Below, one piece after another: positions 48,770 to 58,337 of a DNA stretch of 64,000 bases. A program made the position numbers and the translations under genes. Location: contig JAHPZH010000002.1 in NCBI GenBank assembly GCA_019058315.1, positions 1,339,726 to 1,403,725 of the forward strand, written 5' to 3'. Under the pieces are notes generated by a model. The model was not told the origin of the DNA. It did no database searches and saw only the letters and a program-made list of their open reading frames with translations. Positions within the stretch are counted from its first letter, which is position 1; every line of letters starts with the position of its first letter. Source of the stretch: Candidatus Helarchaeota archaeon (GTDB taxonomy: Archaea > Asgardarchaeota > Lokiarchaeia > Helarchaeales > RDOG01).

Positions 48770-50065
48770 ATGCAAAATAAAGCAATTATTATCGGAAATG
48801 GACTTGCTGCATTACAAGCAGCAATTGAATTAGCTGATTTAGGGGTCAAAGTAAGTCTCATTTCCAATCAAGACTCTTTAGGAGGTAATGCCAAGAATTT
48901 ATACAAGGCATTTCCAACAGATGATTGTTTTTACTGTATTAGTTCGATAAAGGAAAAATGTGGTATTAGAAAATGCTTTTATCGTGCAGGAATATGGGAA
49001 CATCCAAATATTGTAGTTTATTTAGATTCACAAATTTCAAAAATTGAAGGTGAAATAGGAAATTTTAAAATTGCCCTTAAACAAAACCCCCAGTATATTG
49101 ACCATAATAAATGCATTCAATGTGGGGAATGTGAACGTATATGCCCAATATTAATGGATATTGATGATGAATTGGGAATTAGAAAAAGAAAAGCAATTTA
49201 TCATAGATTACAAAATATTCCATATTCTTATTTCATTCAGAGAGAATATTGCGATTCAAATTGTACAAAATGTGAAGAAATCTGCCCTATAAATGCTATT
49301 AATTTAAATTCCTCATCTGAAAATCATAATTTAACAGCTAGTATAATCATAATCGCCAGTTCTTATTCCGAATATAACCCTTCTGAATTAAAAGAATATC
49401 ATTACGGTGAGTTTCCTAATGTTATTACTCAAGTTCAATTAGCTAGAATGTTAGATCCTACTGGTCCGACTCAAGGAAAATTAGTAAGAATGACCGATTT
49501 AAAACCAGCAAAGAAGATTTTAATGTTACAATGCGTCGGATCACGGGATGACAATACAAATAAATATTGTAGTGAGATATGTTGCACTTTTGCGTGCAAA
49601 CATGCCGAAATTATAAAAAAAGAACGTGAAAATCAAGCGCAAATAACTATTGTATACAAAGATATTAGAACAGATGGATTTTATGAGATAAATTATAGAA
49701 ATTGTAGAGAATTGGGAATTGATTTCTTAAAAGGTCACATATCTGATATTGTAGAAAAAGACAATACATTACAAATTTTAGTTTTTGATGTTATTTTAAA
49801 TAGGCATATCGAATTTGAAGTGGATTTATTAATTTTAACTTGTGCTTTAGTTCCCTCCGATCTTTCTAAATCGATTATGAACCAATTTAATATCGAATTA
49901 AAGGAAAATGGATTTCCCAATACGAGTTTTGATCTAATTGAAAGTTCAAGAAAGGGAATATTTCTATGCGGTTCTTCAATTAAGCCAATTTCAATTCCAG
50001 AATCAATTAATCTGGCAAAGGCAGCTGCATTTAAAGCATTTCAAAGTTTAAGGAGTGATAGTTGA
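48770..50065 (+). CDS. HdrA N-terminal module (QmoA-like), degenerate FAD motif
   Basis: GNGLAA, FPTDDCFYC, CIQCGEC..CP, QCVGSRD, CSEICC. Confidence 0.85.
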   Translation: MQNKAIIIGNGLAALQAAIELADLGVKVSLISNQDSLGGNAKNLYKAFPTDDCFYCISSIKEKCGIRKCFYRAGIWEHPNIVVYLDSQISKIEGEIGNFKIALKQNPQYIDHNKCIQCGECERICPILMDIDDELGIRKRKAIYHRLQNIPYSYFIQREYCDSNCTKCEEICPINAINLNSSSENHNLTASIIIIASSYSEYNPSELKEYHYGEFPNVITQVQLARMLDPTGPTQGKLVRMTDLKPAKKILMLQCVGSRDDNTNKYCSEICCTFACKHAEIIKKERENQAQITIVYKDIRTDGFYEINYRNCRELGIDFLKGHISDIVEKDNTLQILVFDVILNRHIEFEVDLLILTCALVPSDLSKSIMNQFNIELKENGFPNTSFDLIESSRKGIFLCGSSIKPISIPESINLAKAAAFKAFQSLRSDS

Positions 50066-52208
50066 AAAAATGGATAGAGATTCTAGCAAAATTCCGGTTT
50101 TTATTTGTACTTGCGGAGACAAATTAAAAGAAAAATTAGATTATGAAAAAATAAGAAAAGAAATTCAGGAATTTCATTCTCCCAACCCGGTTAAAATACT
50201 TAAATTTCTGTGTATTGAGGAAGATAAAAATAAAATTCTCGAGACTTTAGATAAATCTACAAATAAATTTGTTGTTGCAGCTTGTACACCACAGAAATTA
50301 GAATATGAATTAAGAACATTTTTAAGAACTCATGGAAAAGACCCATTTTCATTTGATATTGCAAATATTCGTGAGCATTGTGCTTGGGTGCATGAAAATA
50401 AAGCCCTTGCAACCGAAAAAGCAATTGCTTTAATTAAATCTTCAATAGAAAGAATAAAATATGCTCCAAAAATTAATGAAGATAAAATCAAGATTCAAAA
50501 ACATGTCCTAATTATTGGAGCAGGCATTTCTGGACTACAAACTGCTATAAACCTAAAATCTTTGGGTTATAAAGTTGTAGTATTGGAAAAAGAATCTTCA
50601 GCAGGTGGACATGTTGGTAAATTATCTAAAATTTATCCATTTGGCATAAAAGGTAAGGTATTAATTGATGAGAAATTGGATTTAATTGAAAAAAATAATA
50701 TTAATATCATATACAATTGTCAAGTCAATTGGATTAGCGGTTCATTTGGTAATTTTAAATGCAATATAACAATAGATTCAGGGGAAGAACAAATTAAAAA
50801 CACCTCTGCAATTGTTATAGCTACTGGTCATAAAGTATTTGAACCTAATAACCTTTTACAATATAAATATGGAATATCACCTGATATTATAACACTTTTC
50901 GAACTATCAAATATTTTAAATAATAATAGTTCGTCAAAAAAAGAATTAATTAGATTAAGTAACGGAAAACCAGTTAAAAATATTCTTATGGTTCAATGTG
51001 TAGGCTCTAGAGATGTTAACAATTTTGAATACTGCAGTAAATATTGTTGTACCTCAGCTATAGATCATGCCATTGAAGTAAAGGAGAAATTTAAAGATGT
51101 TAATATTACCATAAATTACTTCGATATCCGCACACCATTTGAACAAGAGGCAATATATCGTGAAGCTAGGGGACTGGGAATTGATTTTTTCAGGGGTAAA
51201 ATCGGGGAGATAAGTATTGATGATAACAATCAATTAATTACTCAAGCTATGGATACTATAATTGGAAATTTAGTAGAATTAAAAAGTGATTTAGTAGTTT
51301 TGTCTACTGCATTAATACCTAATCTAGAAAATAATCAATTATTCGAATTATTAAATTTAGAATTCAGAAATGGAGGGTTTATTAAAGAATATTATGATAA
51401 ATTGAAAAAACTAGAAACAAAAAGAAAAGGAATCTATGTCTGTGGAACAGTTTCTGGTCCAAAAACAATTCCACAGTGCATTTATGAAGCTCATGCTGTT
51501 AGTTTAAAAGTTTTTCAAGAAATAGGGGATGGAGAAATAACAAAAAATCTAACGGTTACCACCATAGATGAAGATTTATGTAATGGTTGCGAACTTTGTG
51601 CGAGAATTTGCCCTTTTAACATTCCAATCATGAAAGAAGTGGGGAACGAATTAAAAGCTGAAATAGATCCCTTTAGTTGCAAGGGCTGTGGAATTTGTGC
51701 TAGTATTTGTCCAACAGGAGCAGCACAATTACAGACAAACTTAAGGGATCAATTAATTATACAAATAAAAGCCATTTTAAAAGATATAAAGGAATCAAAA
51801 GATTCCATAATCTTGGGATTTGTTTGTGATGAATGTGGGTACGCTACAATAGATGCAGCTGGTATATTGAATACACCATATTCAGAAAAGGTGAGATTCA
51901 TTAGATTACCTTGTATTGGGCGTCTTTCCCTACTGGATATATTTACTGCATTTGCAGAAGGTGCAAGTGGAGTTCTACTTATTGGATGTGCAAAAGAAAG
52001 ATGCCATTATCTTAAAGGAAGTTCAAAAACTGAAATTGAAGTCGCAATTACAAAGGAGATTTTGAAGGAAATAGGCTGGGAGCCTGAAAGAATTGAATAT
52101 CATGGTATGTTTCATGCAGAACCAGAGAAATTTCTTAATGCAGTGAAAGAAATGGTTGAAAAGATGAATAAATTGGGTATTACCAAGATTTTAAAAAATA
52201 AGGAATGA
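50055..52208 (+). CDS. HdrA C-terminal module fused to MvhD (QmoB-like)
   Basis: CTCG, ACTP, NIREHCAWVH, GAGISG, QCVGSRD, 2x[4Fe-4S], FVCDECGY..LPCIGR..GC..RCHY; probable ATG 50070. Confidence 0.88.
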   Translation: MIVEKMDRDSSKIPVFICTCGDKLKEKLDYEKIRKEIQEFHSPNPVKILKFLCIEEDKNKILETLDKSTNKFVVAACTPQKLEYELRTFLRTHGKDPFSFDIANIREHCAWVHENKALATEKAIALIKSSIERIKYAPKINEDKIKIQKHVLIIGAGISGLQTAINLKSLGYKVVVLEKESSAGGHVGKLSKIYPFGIKGKVLIDEKLDLIEKNNINIIYNCQVNWISGSFGNFKCNITIDSGEEQIKNTSAIVIATGHKVFEPNNLLQYKYGISPDIITLFELSNILNNNSSSKKELIRLSNGKPVKNILMVQCVGSRDVNNFEYCSKYCCTSAIDHAIEVKEKFKDVNITINYFDIRTPFEQEAIYREARGLGIDFFRGKIGEISIDDNNQLITQAMDTIIGNLVELKSDLVVLSTALIPNLENNQLFELLNLEFRNGGFIKEYYDKLKKLETKRKGIYVCGTVSGPKTIPQCIYEAHAVSLKVFQEIGDGEITKNLTVTTIDEDLCNGCELCARICPFNIPIMKEVGNELKAEIDPFSCKGCGICASICPTGAAQLQTNLRDQLIIQIKAILKDIKESKDSIILGFVCDECGYATIDAAGILNTPYSEKVRFIRLPCIGRLSLLDIFTAFAEGASGVLLIGCAKERCHYLKGSSKTEIEVAITKEILKEIGWEPERIEYHGMFHAEPEKFLNAVKEMVEKMNKLGITKILKNKE

Positions 52209-54442
52209 TGGATGATATGGGTATTCCAGTTGACATTGCACCAAAAAGAAAGATTTTTTATGAATTACTCATAAAAATTCTGAAATTACAACAAAAAGAA
52301 GAAATTGAGATCGAATTCGAAGACCTAAAAACACTCGAATCGAATTTAAAAGAATTCAAAAATGAATTTCCAAAATTTAATTCCAATTTATTATCAAAAA
52401 TTGAAGATTTTCTACATAAATTAAACGTTTTAGAAAAAGTTAACAATCAACTATTTTTAAAAGAAACAATAGAGAAATTAAATCAAGTCGAAATTAAAAC
52501 AGATATTGAAAAAAACGCAATTTTTAAATTAAAAGAATTAATTGAAACAAGAATTAATACTATTGAGGGAACAGTTGCCCAAATTTCAATAGATAAAAAA
52601 GTAATTTCATTGTTGCTTAAAGATATTAAAAATATTACAGATTTATTAAATTCAAAAATTAAACCTGTTTATGAGCATTTTCTTAAAAAACAAAGCATAA
52701 AAGAAGACGAATTAAATAAAATTTTAGATAATTATATTCAAATTAAAGAAATTACGGAATTTAAAGAATTTCAAGAGAAATTTAAATTAATTTCAAGAAT
52801 AATGCGTGATAAAGGACTAATTTATTCTGTTTCTCAAATAAATAAATCGTTAAATGAAAGTAAAATCGATGATAAACGTGCAAATGTTCTACTTCATAAA
52901 AATATATTCCCTAAATTGGATCAAGCGATAATTTTATTCATCATTAATACACTCGGTCCTCAAACAATAGAGGATCTATACCAAAAAACAGGAATTGCAA
53001 AAGATAGATTATTTCAAGGAATTCTTAGAATTCTAGATAGAAAAGAAATTGAAATCTTAAAGGAAAAAGAAGGACAACCTGTTTATACTAAAATTAAATT
53101 AAAATCAAATATACTTGAATCAATAGATAAGAATTTGAAAATAATTATTAATATTAGAGACAAAATCGATCAAGATTCTGAATTATTTAACAAAATCATA
53201 GAAAATTTAAATGAATTTAGACAATATTTGGATTCAATTGATGAATTTGATGAAAAAATCTTCCAAGATTCTATTTTTAAATTAAAATCTAGTGTTCAAA
53301 AATTAATAAACTTGATTCCTCAATTTTCTCTTGACAAGAAAGAGGAAAAGATAATAGATAGAATTGATGGTATGATTGAAGCCCTCAAGCTTTATCGCCT
53401 TAATTTAACATTTGAGAAAAGAGAAAATTTAAAGGAAATCAGTACAGAACTAAAATATAAAGTATCTAAATTAATTTTAGATTCTATGGATCAAGATTTC
53501 GAAAGGGGACAAATAATAGCTACTATAAAAAAGAAAGGTCCATTAAATATAATTGACCTTTCTAAAGCTACCGGTCTACAAAGAGATAAGATATATTCTC
53601 ATATGATTCAATTAAAAACTGATAATAGAATTAAAATAATAGGTTCTAAAGAAGGATATGATTTATACGATGTTTCTAGAGTTAAAACTGAAGAAGAAAA
53701 ACTAATTGAAGATTTTTTAAATATCATTCTCGAATTCAAAATCATTCAAACAAACTATGAAAATGCGATATTAGATGTTAAATTTAATCTTGATAAAATT
53801 AACCTTTATTTGGAACAATTCCTTCAAAAATTAAATAATATAGTAAATATAAAATTCTTAAATCAACAATTTAGCGAAGAAATCTATAAAGAATACTCAA
53901 AAAGAGTTAAGGGAGTAATAGATACACTTACCAGTATTAAAGGGAAGGTCAAGGTTAAAAAAGCCGAAATTAATTTTGACGAATTAGTTCCTATTTTAGT
54001 GCCTTCAACAGAAGATGAATTTTCACATTTAATAGAACCAAAGCAACTGATAGGCTTTGGTACTATAAAAAGTAATGAAAAGAGATGCTTATCTTGCCGC
54101 AGTTGCCAAGATATATGTGAAGAATCAGCTGTAACCTTAAAAAATGTCTGGAATTTACCGCTTATTTTTGAGCTTTCAGAAGAAGAATTGAATGATCTTC
54201 CAGGATCAAAAAAGATGTTATTTAATATCATAAAAAAAATTGCCCAAAAGAAACCTTCGAATATAATCAATATACCTGATGGGGCAATAGGATATGGAAG
54301 ACCCGAATTTGAGCCGATTAAATGCATCGCTTGTAAAAAATGTGTTGAAAGATGCCCAAATGAGGCAATAGAATTTGAAGAAGTGTGGAATTTTCCAGAA
54401 ATTATCAAATCAGCCTCTAAATCCTTAACTATGGAGGATTAA
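52205..54442 (+). CDS. coiled-coil protein with two winged-helix-like segments and a C-terminal 2x[4Fe-4S] domain
   Basis: GPQTIEDLYQKTGI and GPLNIIDLSKATGL HTH-like segments; CLSCRSCQDIC and CIACKKCVERCP. Confidence 0.75.
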   Translation: MMDDMGIPVDIAPKRKIFYELLIKILKLQQKEEIEIEFEDLKTLESNLKEFKNEFPKFNSNLLSKIEDFLHKLNVLEKVNNQLFLKETIEKLNQVEIKTDIEKNAIFKLKELIETRINTIEGTVAQISIDKKVISLLLKDIKNITDLLNSKIKPVYEHFLKKQSIKEDELNKILDNYIQIKEITEFKEFQEKFKLISRIMRDKGLIYSVSQINKSLNESKIDDKRANVLLHKNIFPKLDQAIILFIINTLGPQTIEDLYQKTGIAKDRLFQGILRILDRKEIEILKEKEGQPVYTKIKLKSNILESIDKNLKIIINIRDKIDQDSELFNKIIENLNEFRQYLDSIDEFDEKIFQDSIFKLKSSVQKLINLIPQFSLDKKEEKIIDRIDGMIEALKLYRLNLTFEKRENLKEISTELKYKVSKLILDSMDQDFERGQIIATIKKKGPLNIIDLSKATGLQRDKIYSHMIQLKTDNRIKIIGSKEGYDLYDVSRVKTEEEKLIEDFLNIILEFKIIQTNYENAILDVKFNLDKINLYLEQFLQKLNNIVNIKFLNQQFSEEIYKEYSKRVKGVIDTLTSIKGKVKVKKAEINFDELVPILVPSTEDEFSHLIEPKQLIGFGTIKSNEKRCLSCRSCQDICEESAVTLKNVWNLPLIFELSEEELNDLPGSKKMLFNIIKKIAQKKPSNIINIPDGAIGYGRPEFEPIKCIACKKCVERCPNEAIEFEEVWNFPEIIKSASKSLTMED

Positions 54443-54443
54443 A

Positions 54444-54980
54444 ATGACAGATATTAATTCAGATATAGAATTAAAAGAACCAATAAAAATGGAAGATGTA
54501 GATCCTGAATTTAAGTATGAAATTGCCGACACTGATGAAGGTAAAACTATCTTATATTGCTATCAATGTGGTACCTGTTCAAGTAGTTGCCAGAGTGCAT
54601 GTGCTGATTTATATCCTCATCAAATAATTCGAATGGCATTACTTGGACTAAAAAAAGAAGTGTTGAATTCAAAATCCATATGGATATGTACAACCTGCTA
54701 TGATTGCATAGAACGCTGTCCACAAGGAGTTGAAGTTGCAAATGTGCTTTTTGCGATTAAAAATATTGCCGTAAAAGAAAACATTATCCCTAAAGGTTTT
54801 AAATTATTTGCAAAAAATATTTTCAGGATGGGTAGGGGCGCTGAAATTACAGATATGCAAGAAGATGAAAGAGATGATTTGGATCTGCCACCAGTTCCAA
54901 AAGTCGATAAAGAAGCCATTAAAAAAATGTTAAAAAAAGTAAATTTTGAGGAAATGATTGAATCTAAAGAAGGAAAATAA
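54444..54980 (+). CDS. hdrC: heterodisulfide reductase subunit C (second copy)
   Basis: CYQCGTCSSSC and WICTTCYDCIERCPQ. Confidence 0.92.
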   Translation: MTDINSDIELKEPIKMEDVDPEFKYEIADTDEGKTILYCYQCGTCSSSCQSACADLYPHQIIRMALLGLKKEVLNSKSIWICTTCYDCIERCPQGVEVANVLFAIKNIAVKENIIPKGFKLFAKNIFRMGRGAEITDMQEDERDDLDLPPVPKVDKEAIKKMLKKVNFEEMIESKEGK

Positions 54981-54982
54981 AA

Positions 54983-55861
54983 ATGAAATATGCTTATTAC
55001 TTAGGTTGCACTGTTCCTGCAAGAGTTAATCAATATGACGCAGCAGTTCGTAAATCTTCTGAAAAATTAGATATTGAGTTAATTGATATAGAAGGGGCAG
55101 GTTGTTGTGGTCCAGTTAACATTAAATCTGTAAATTATAAAGCTTGGATACTATTAGGTGCAAGAAATATCGCCTTAGCTGAAAAAATGGGTTTGGATAT
55201 CGTTACTCTATGTAATGGATGCTATTCAACTATGAAAGAAGTTGATCATTATTTAAAGAATAATGGAACCTTATTAAAAGAAGTTAATGAAATTTTAAAA
55301 GAAGAAAATCTATCATTTTCTGGAAAAATTAAAATTAAACAATATATAGAAATTATTTTGGATTTTGGGCTCGATAAAATCAAACAAAAATTCGTAAAAT
55401 CTTGTGATGGACTTAAAACTGCCGTACATTATGGCTGTCATTTGTTAAAACCCTCTAATGTGGCACAACTAGATAATCCAGAAAGTCCACAAATATTAGA
55501 TCAATTAACAGAGCTTACTGGAGCAAAAAGCATCGACTGGCAATATAAAAATAAATGCTGCGGTGCTCCAGTTTTAGCAATAAATGAAAAACTCGCTTTA
55601 AAAATGATGCATGAAAAATTAATTGGTGCAAAAAACGCTGGAGTAGATTGCTTCGTAACTGTATGCCCCTTTTGTTTTATCGAATTAGATTTAATGCAAC
55701 TTAAGGTGCAAACAGAATTTAAAGAAAAATTTGACATTCCTGTAATTCTATTGCCACAATTGTTTGGATTGGCTATGGGGCTTGAATCTGATGCATTGGG
55801 GCTTGATCTACACCGAATTGAAACTGATATTATTTTAGGATTTTTTAAAAATAAGGATTGA
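54983..55861 (+). CDS. hdrB: heterodisulfide reductase subunit B (second copy)
   Basis: YLGCTVP, GCCG, CNGC, HYGCH, KCCG, CPFC. Confidence 0.93.
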   Translation: MKYAYYLGCTVPARVNQYDAAVRKSSEKLDIELIDIEGAGCCGPVNIKSVNYKAWILLGARNIALAEKMGLDIVTLCNGCYSTMKEVDHYLKNNGTLLKEVNEILKEENLSFSGKIKIKQYIEIILDFGLDKIKQKFVKSCDGLKTAVHYGCHLLKPSNVAQLDNPESPQILDQLTELTGAKSIDWQYKNKCCGAPVLAINEKLALKMMHEKLIGAKNAGVDCFVTVCPFCFIELDLMQLKVQTEFKEKFDIPVILLPQLFGLAMGLESDALGLDLHRIETDIILGFFKNKD

Positions 55862-55918
55862 ATTTGGAATAAATTTATTTAGAATTAATTTCGTTGACCA
55901 GATGTTTCTCGGTTCTAA

Positions 55919-57052
55919 TCAACGCCAAAGACCGTCAACAAGATTACCATAAATTTGCTGTTCTTTTTCCACTCCATCAATAGAACGAATTCGATTACGA
56001 ACTTTTTTCATCTTAATCGCATTTTCTGGACAATTTGTAGCACAAACGCCACATCCAAGACACAAATCATTGTTTACTATGATTTTTTCGTCATGTTTAG
56101 AAACAGCTTCCATTTGACATTTTTTTACACAAGTTTCACATAAAATACACCGCTCTTGGTCATGTATAGGTGCAAAATTACTTGGGTTAACGTTTTTGAC
56201 ACGAACTTCTTTGGTTGGAATTAAAATACCGCAATGACAAGTACAACAATTACAAAAACCTAGAATTTCGTCATCTCCGCCGGGGATGTTGTGAATTAAA
56301 CCTGCTTCCTCGGTTTTTTTCAGATATTGTATGGTTTCCTCTTTAGTTAAAGGTCTCCCCCAACCTAACTCTAGAAATAATTGTGCTGCTATACCCATAA
56401 AAATGCAGCCCATCTCAGCTGGAGCTTTACTACAAGGATCTCCAGATAATTCTCCCACTAAACGACATGGGCAAGTTACTACAACAAATTTTTCATTTTT
56501 ATTAATAACATTCTCTAAAATTTCATAGGGAAGGACTTGAGATCCGACTTCAACCGATTCATTTATTTCAATAAGTCTATCTTTAGCTTCATACGAAAGT
56601 ATAGTAGTGAAATTCAAATTTTCCCAATCTTTTGCTCTTTGTTTTAACACTTCTTTTGTTTGAAATGCAACTGGGTGCTTGAGTATATATCGGAAAGCTT
56701 TAGCAGCATTTCTAAGATTCTCTTCTGTGTCTTGTTTTGCCCAAAAATAAGCTTCTAATAAATGCGGGAATAAAGGCACTAATCCATATTTAGCACCAAA
56801 TTTTGCTATAGTTTTCTTTTTTGCAGCTTTTAACAAAATTTCTTTTATATGACTTTTAGGTTTTCCTGTTATTTTAACTAATTCTTTTACAGAAATGGAT
56901 TGCCCAACATCTGGAAAATGAGCAAGAATCTCTATATCCTCTTTATTCCAAAAAAGTTTCATTAATTCATAAGTTTTTTCGTGTTTATCTGCGCTATATG
57001 GTCCCAGAGTTAGCTTTTGTCTCACAATTTCGTAAGGATCAGTTTCAGACAT
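55919..57052 (-). CDS. 4Fe-4S dicluster protein with N-terminal HTH-like domain, paralog A
   Basis: CPCR..C..C, GLIH, CNCCTCHC, CILCETC, CLGCGVCATNCP. Confidence 0.85.
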   Translation of the reverse strand: MSETDPYEIVRQKLTLGPYSADKHEKTYELMKLFWNKEDIEILAHFPDVGQSISVKELVKITGKPKSHIKEILLKAAKKKTIAKFGAKYGLVPLFPHLLEAYFWAKQDTEENLRNAAKAFRYILKHPVAFQTKEVLKQRAKDWENLNFTTILSYEAKDRLIEINESVEVGSQVLPYEILENVINKNEKFVVVTCPCRLVGELSGDPCSKAPAEMGCIFMGIAAQLFLELGWGRPLTKEETIQYLKKTEEAGLIHNIPGGDDEILGFCNCCTCHCGILIPTKEVRVKNVNPSNFAPIHDQERCILCETCVKKCQMEAVSKHDEKIIVNNDLCLGCGVCATNCPENAIKMKKVRNRIRSIDGVEKEQQIYGNLVDGLWR

Positions 57053-57126
57053 ATAAAAACCAACATCATTTATTAATTTTTAAAATTCTCAATTTAAAAA
57101 AGCATCTGATCTTCAAGAGTAACTAA

Positions 57127-58260
57127 TTAACTCATAAGGCCTCCAACAAGGCGATCAAAAATTTTTTCCTCTTCTTTCACATTCTTTACAGATCGGGGTT
57201 TATTTCGGACTTTTTGCATCTTAATAGCATTTTCTGGACAGTTTATAGCACAAACACCACAACCAAGACATAAATCGTAATTTACTATGATTTTTCCATT
57301 TTGTTGAGAAATAGCTTCCATTGGACATATTTTTATACAGTTCTTACATAAAGCACATCGCTCTTGGTTATGTATAGGTGTAAAATTGCTTGGATTGACG
57401 TTCTTGATTCCAAATTCTTTGGTCGGATGTAAAAGACCGCAATGACAAGAACAACAATTACAAAAACCCAGGATTTCAGGACTGTTGCTTGGAAGGTTGT
57501 GAACTAAACCTGCTTCCTCGGTTTTTTTCAGATATTCTAGTGCCTCTTCTCTATTTAAAGGTCTTCCCCAACCTAATTCTACAAATAATTGTGCTGCTAT
57601 TCCTATAATAAAGCAACCCATCTCTGATGTAGCTTTACTACAGGGCTCCCCTGATAATTCTCCTACTAAACGACATGGACAAGTGACTACAGCAAACTTA
57701 TCATTTTTATCAATAACATTTTTTAAGGTTTCATAGGGAAGGACTCGAGATTGGACATTAACCGATTCATTTATTTCAATAAGCCTATCTTTAGCTTCAT
57801 ATGGAAGGATAGGAGTTAAATTCATATCTTCATATCCTTCTGCTCTTTTTTCTAATACTTCTTTTGTTTGAAATGCAAATGGGTTTGTAAACATATAACG
57901 GAAAATTTTGGCAGCGTTTTTAAGATTTTCTTTAGTATCTTTTCTTGCCCATACATAAACTTCTAATAAACCTGGGAATAAAGGAATAAATCCATATTTA
58001 TTTCCAACTCTTGTTATGGTTTTCTTTTCTGCTGCATTCTTTAAAATTTTTTTAATGTGACTTTTTGATTTTCCTGTTTTTTCTATTAATTTTTTTATAG
58101 AAATAGTTTTACCTATATTCGGGAAGTGAGTAAGAATTTCTATATCCTCTTCATTCCAAAAAATTTTAAGTAGTTCATATGTTTTTTCGTGTTTATCTGC
58201 AGCATATGGTCCATAAGTTAGTTTTTGCCGTACAATTTCATAATAATCATTATCAGTCAT
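57127..58260 (-). CDS. 4Fe-4S dicluster protein, paralog B
   Basis: Same length (377 aa) and motifs as paralog A. Confidence 0.85.
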   Translation of the reverse strand: MTDNDYYEIVRQKLTYGPYAADKHEKTYELLKIFWNEEDIEILTHFPNIGKTISIKKLIEKTGKSKSHIKKILKNAAEKKTITRVGNKYGFIPLFPGLLEVYVWARKDTKENLKNAAKIFRYMFTNPFAFQTKEVLEKRAEGYEDMNLTPILPYEAKDRLIEINESVNVQSRVLPYETLKNVIDKNDKFAVVTCPCRLVGELSGEPCSKATSEMGCFIIGIAAQLFVELGWGRPLNREEALEYLKKTEEAGLVHNLPSNSPEILGFCNCCSCHCGLLHPTKEFGIKNVNPSNFTPIHNQERCALCKNCIKICPMEAISQQNGKIIVNYDLCLGCGVCAINCPENAIKMQKVRNKPRSVKNVKEEEKIFDRLVGGLMS

Positions 58261-58337
58261 ATAAAACCATCATATCAAATATGATATTTTTAGATTTTTT
58301 AACAAATTTAGGATAATTCGCTTCTTTGGTTGGTATT

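Noticed and set aside
29934-52208. Possible selenocysteine (in-frame TGA) in FwdB, HdrA or MvhD, as known in some archaea
   Set aside because: The ORFs are full length with Cys at the relevant motifs (TVCHG, DCSMC, CNWC, GDCHY); no read-through is needed.
36524-55861. Calling the organism a methanogen, alkane oxidizer or sulfate reducer
   Set aside because: No mcr/acr, mtr, dsrAB, aprAB or sat in the window; Hdr and H4MPT genes alone do not establish this.
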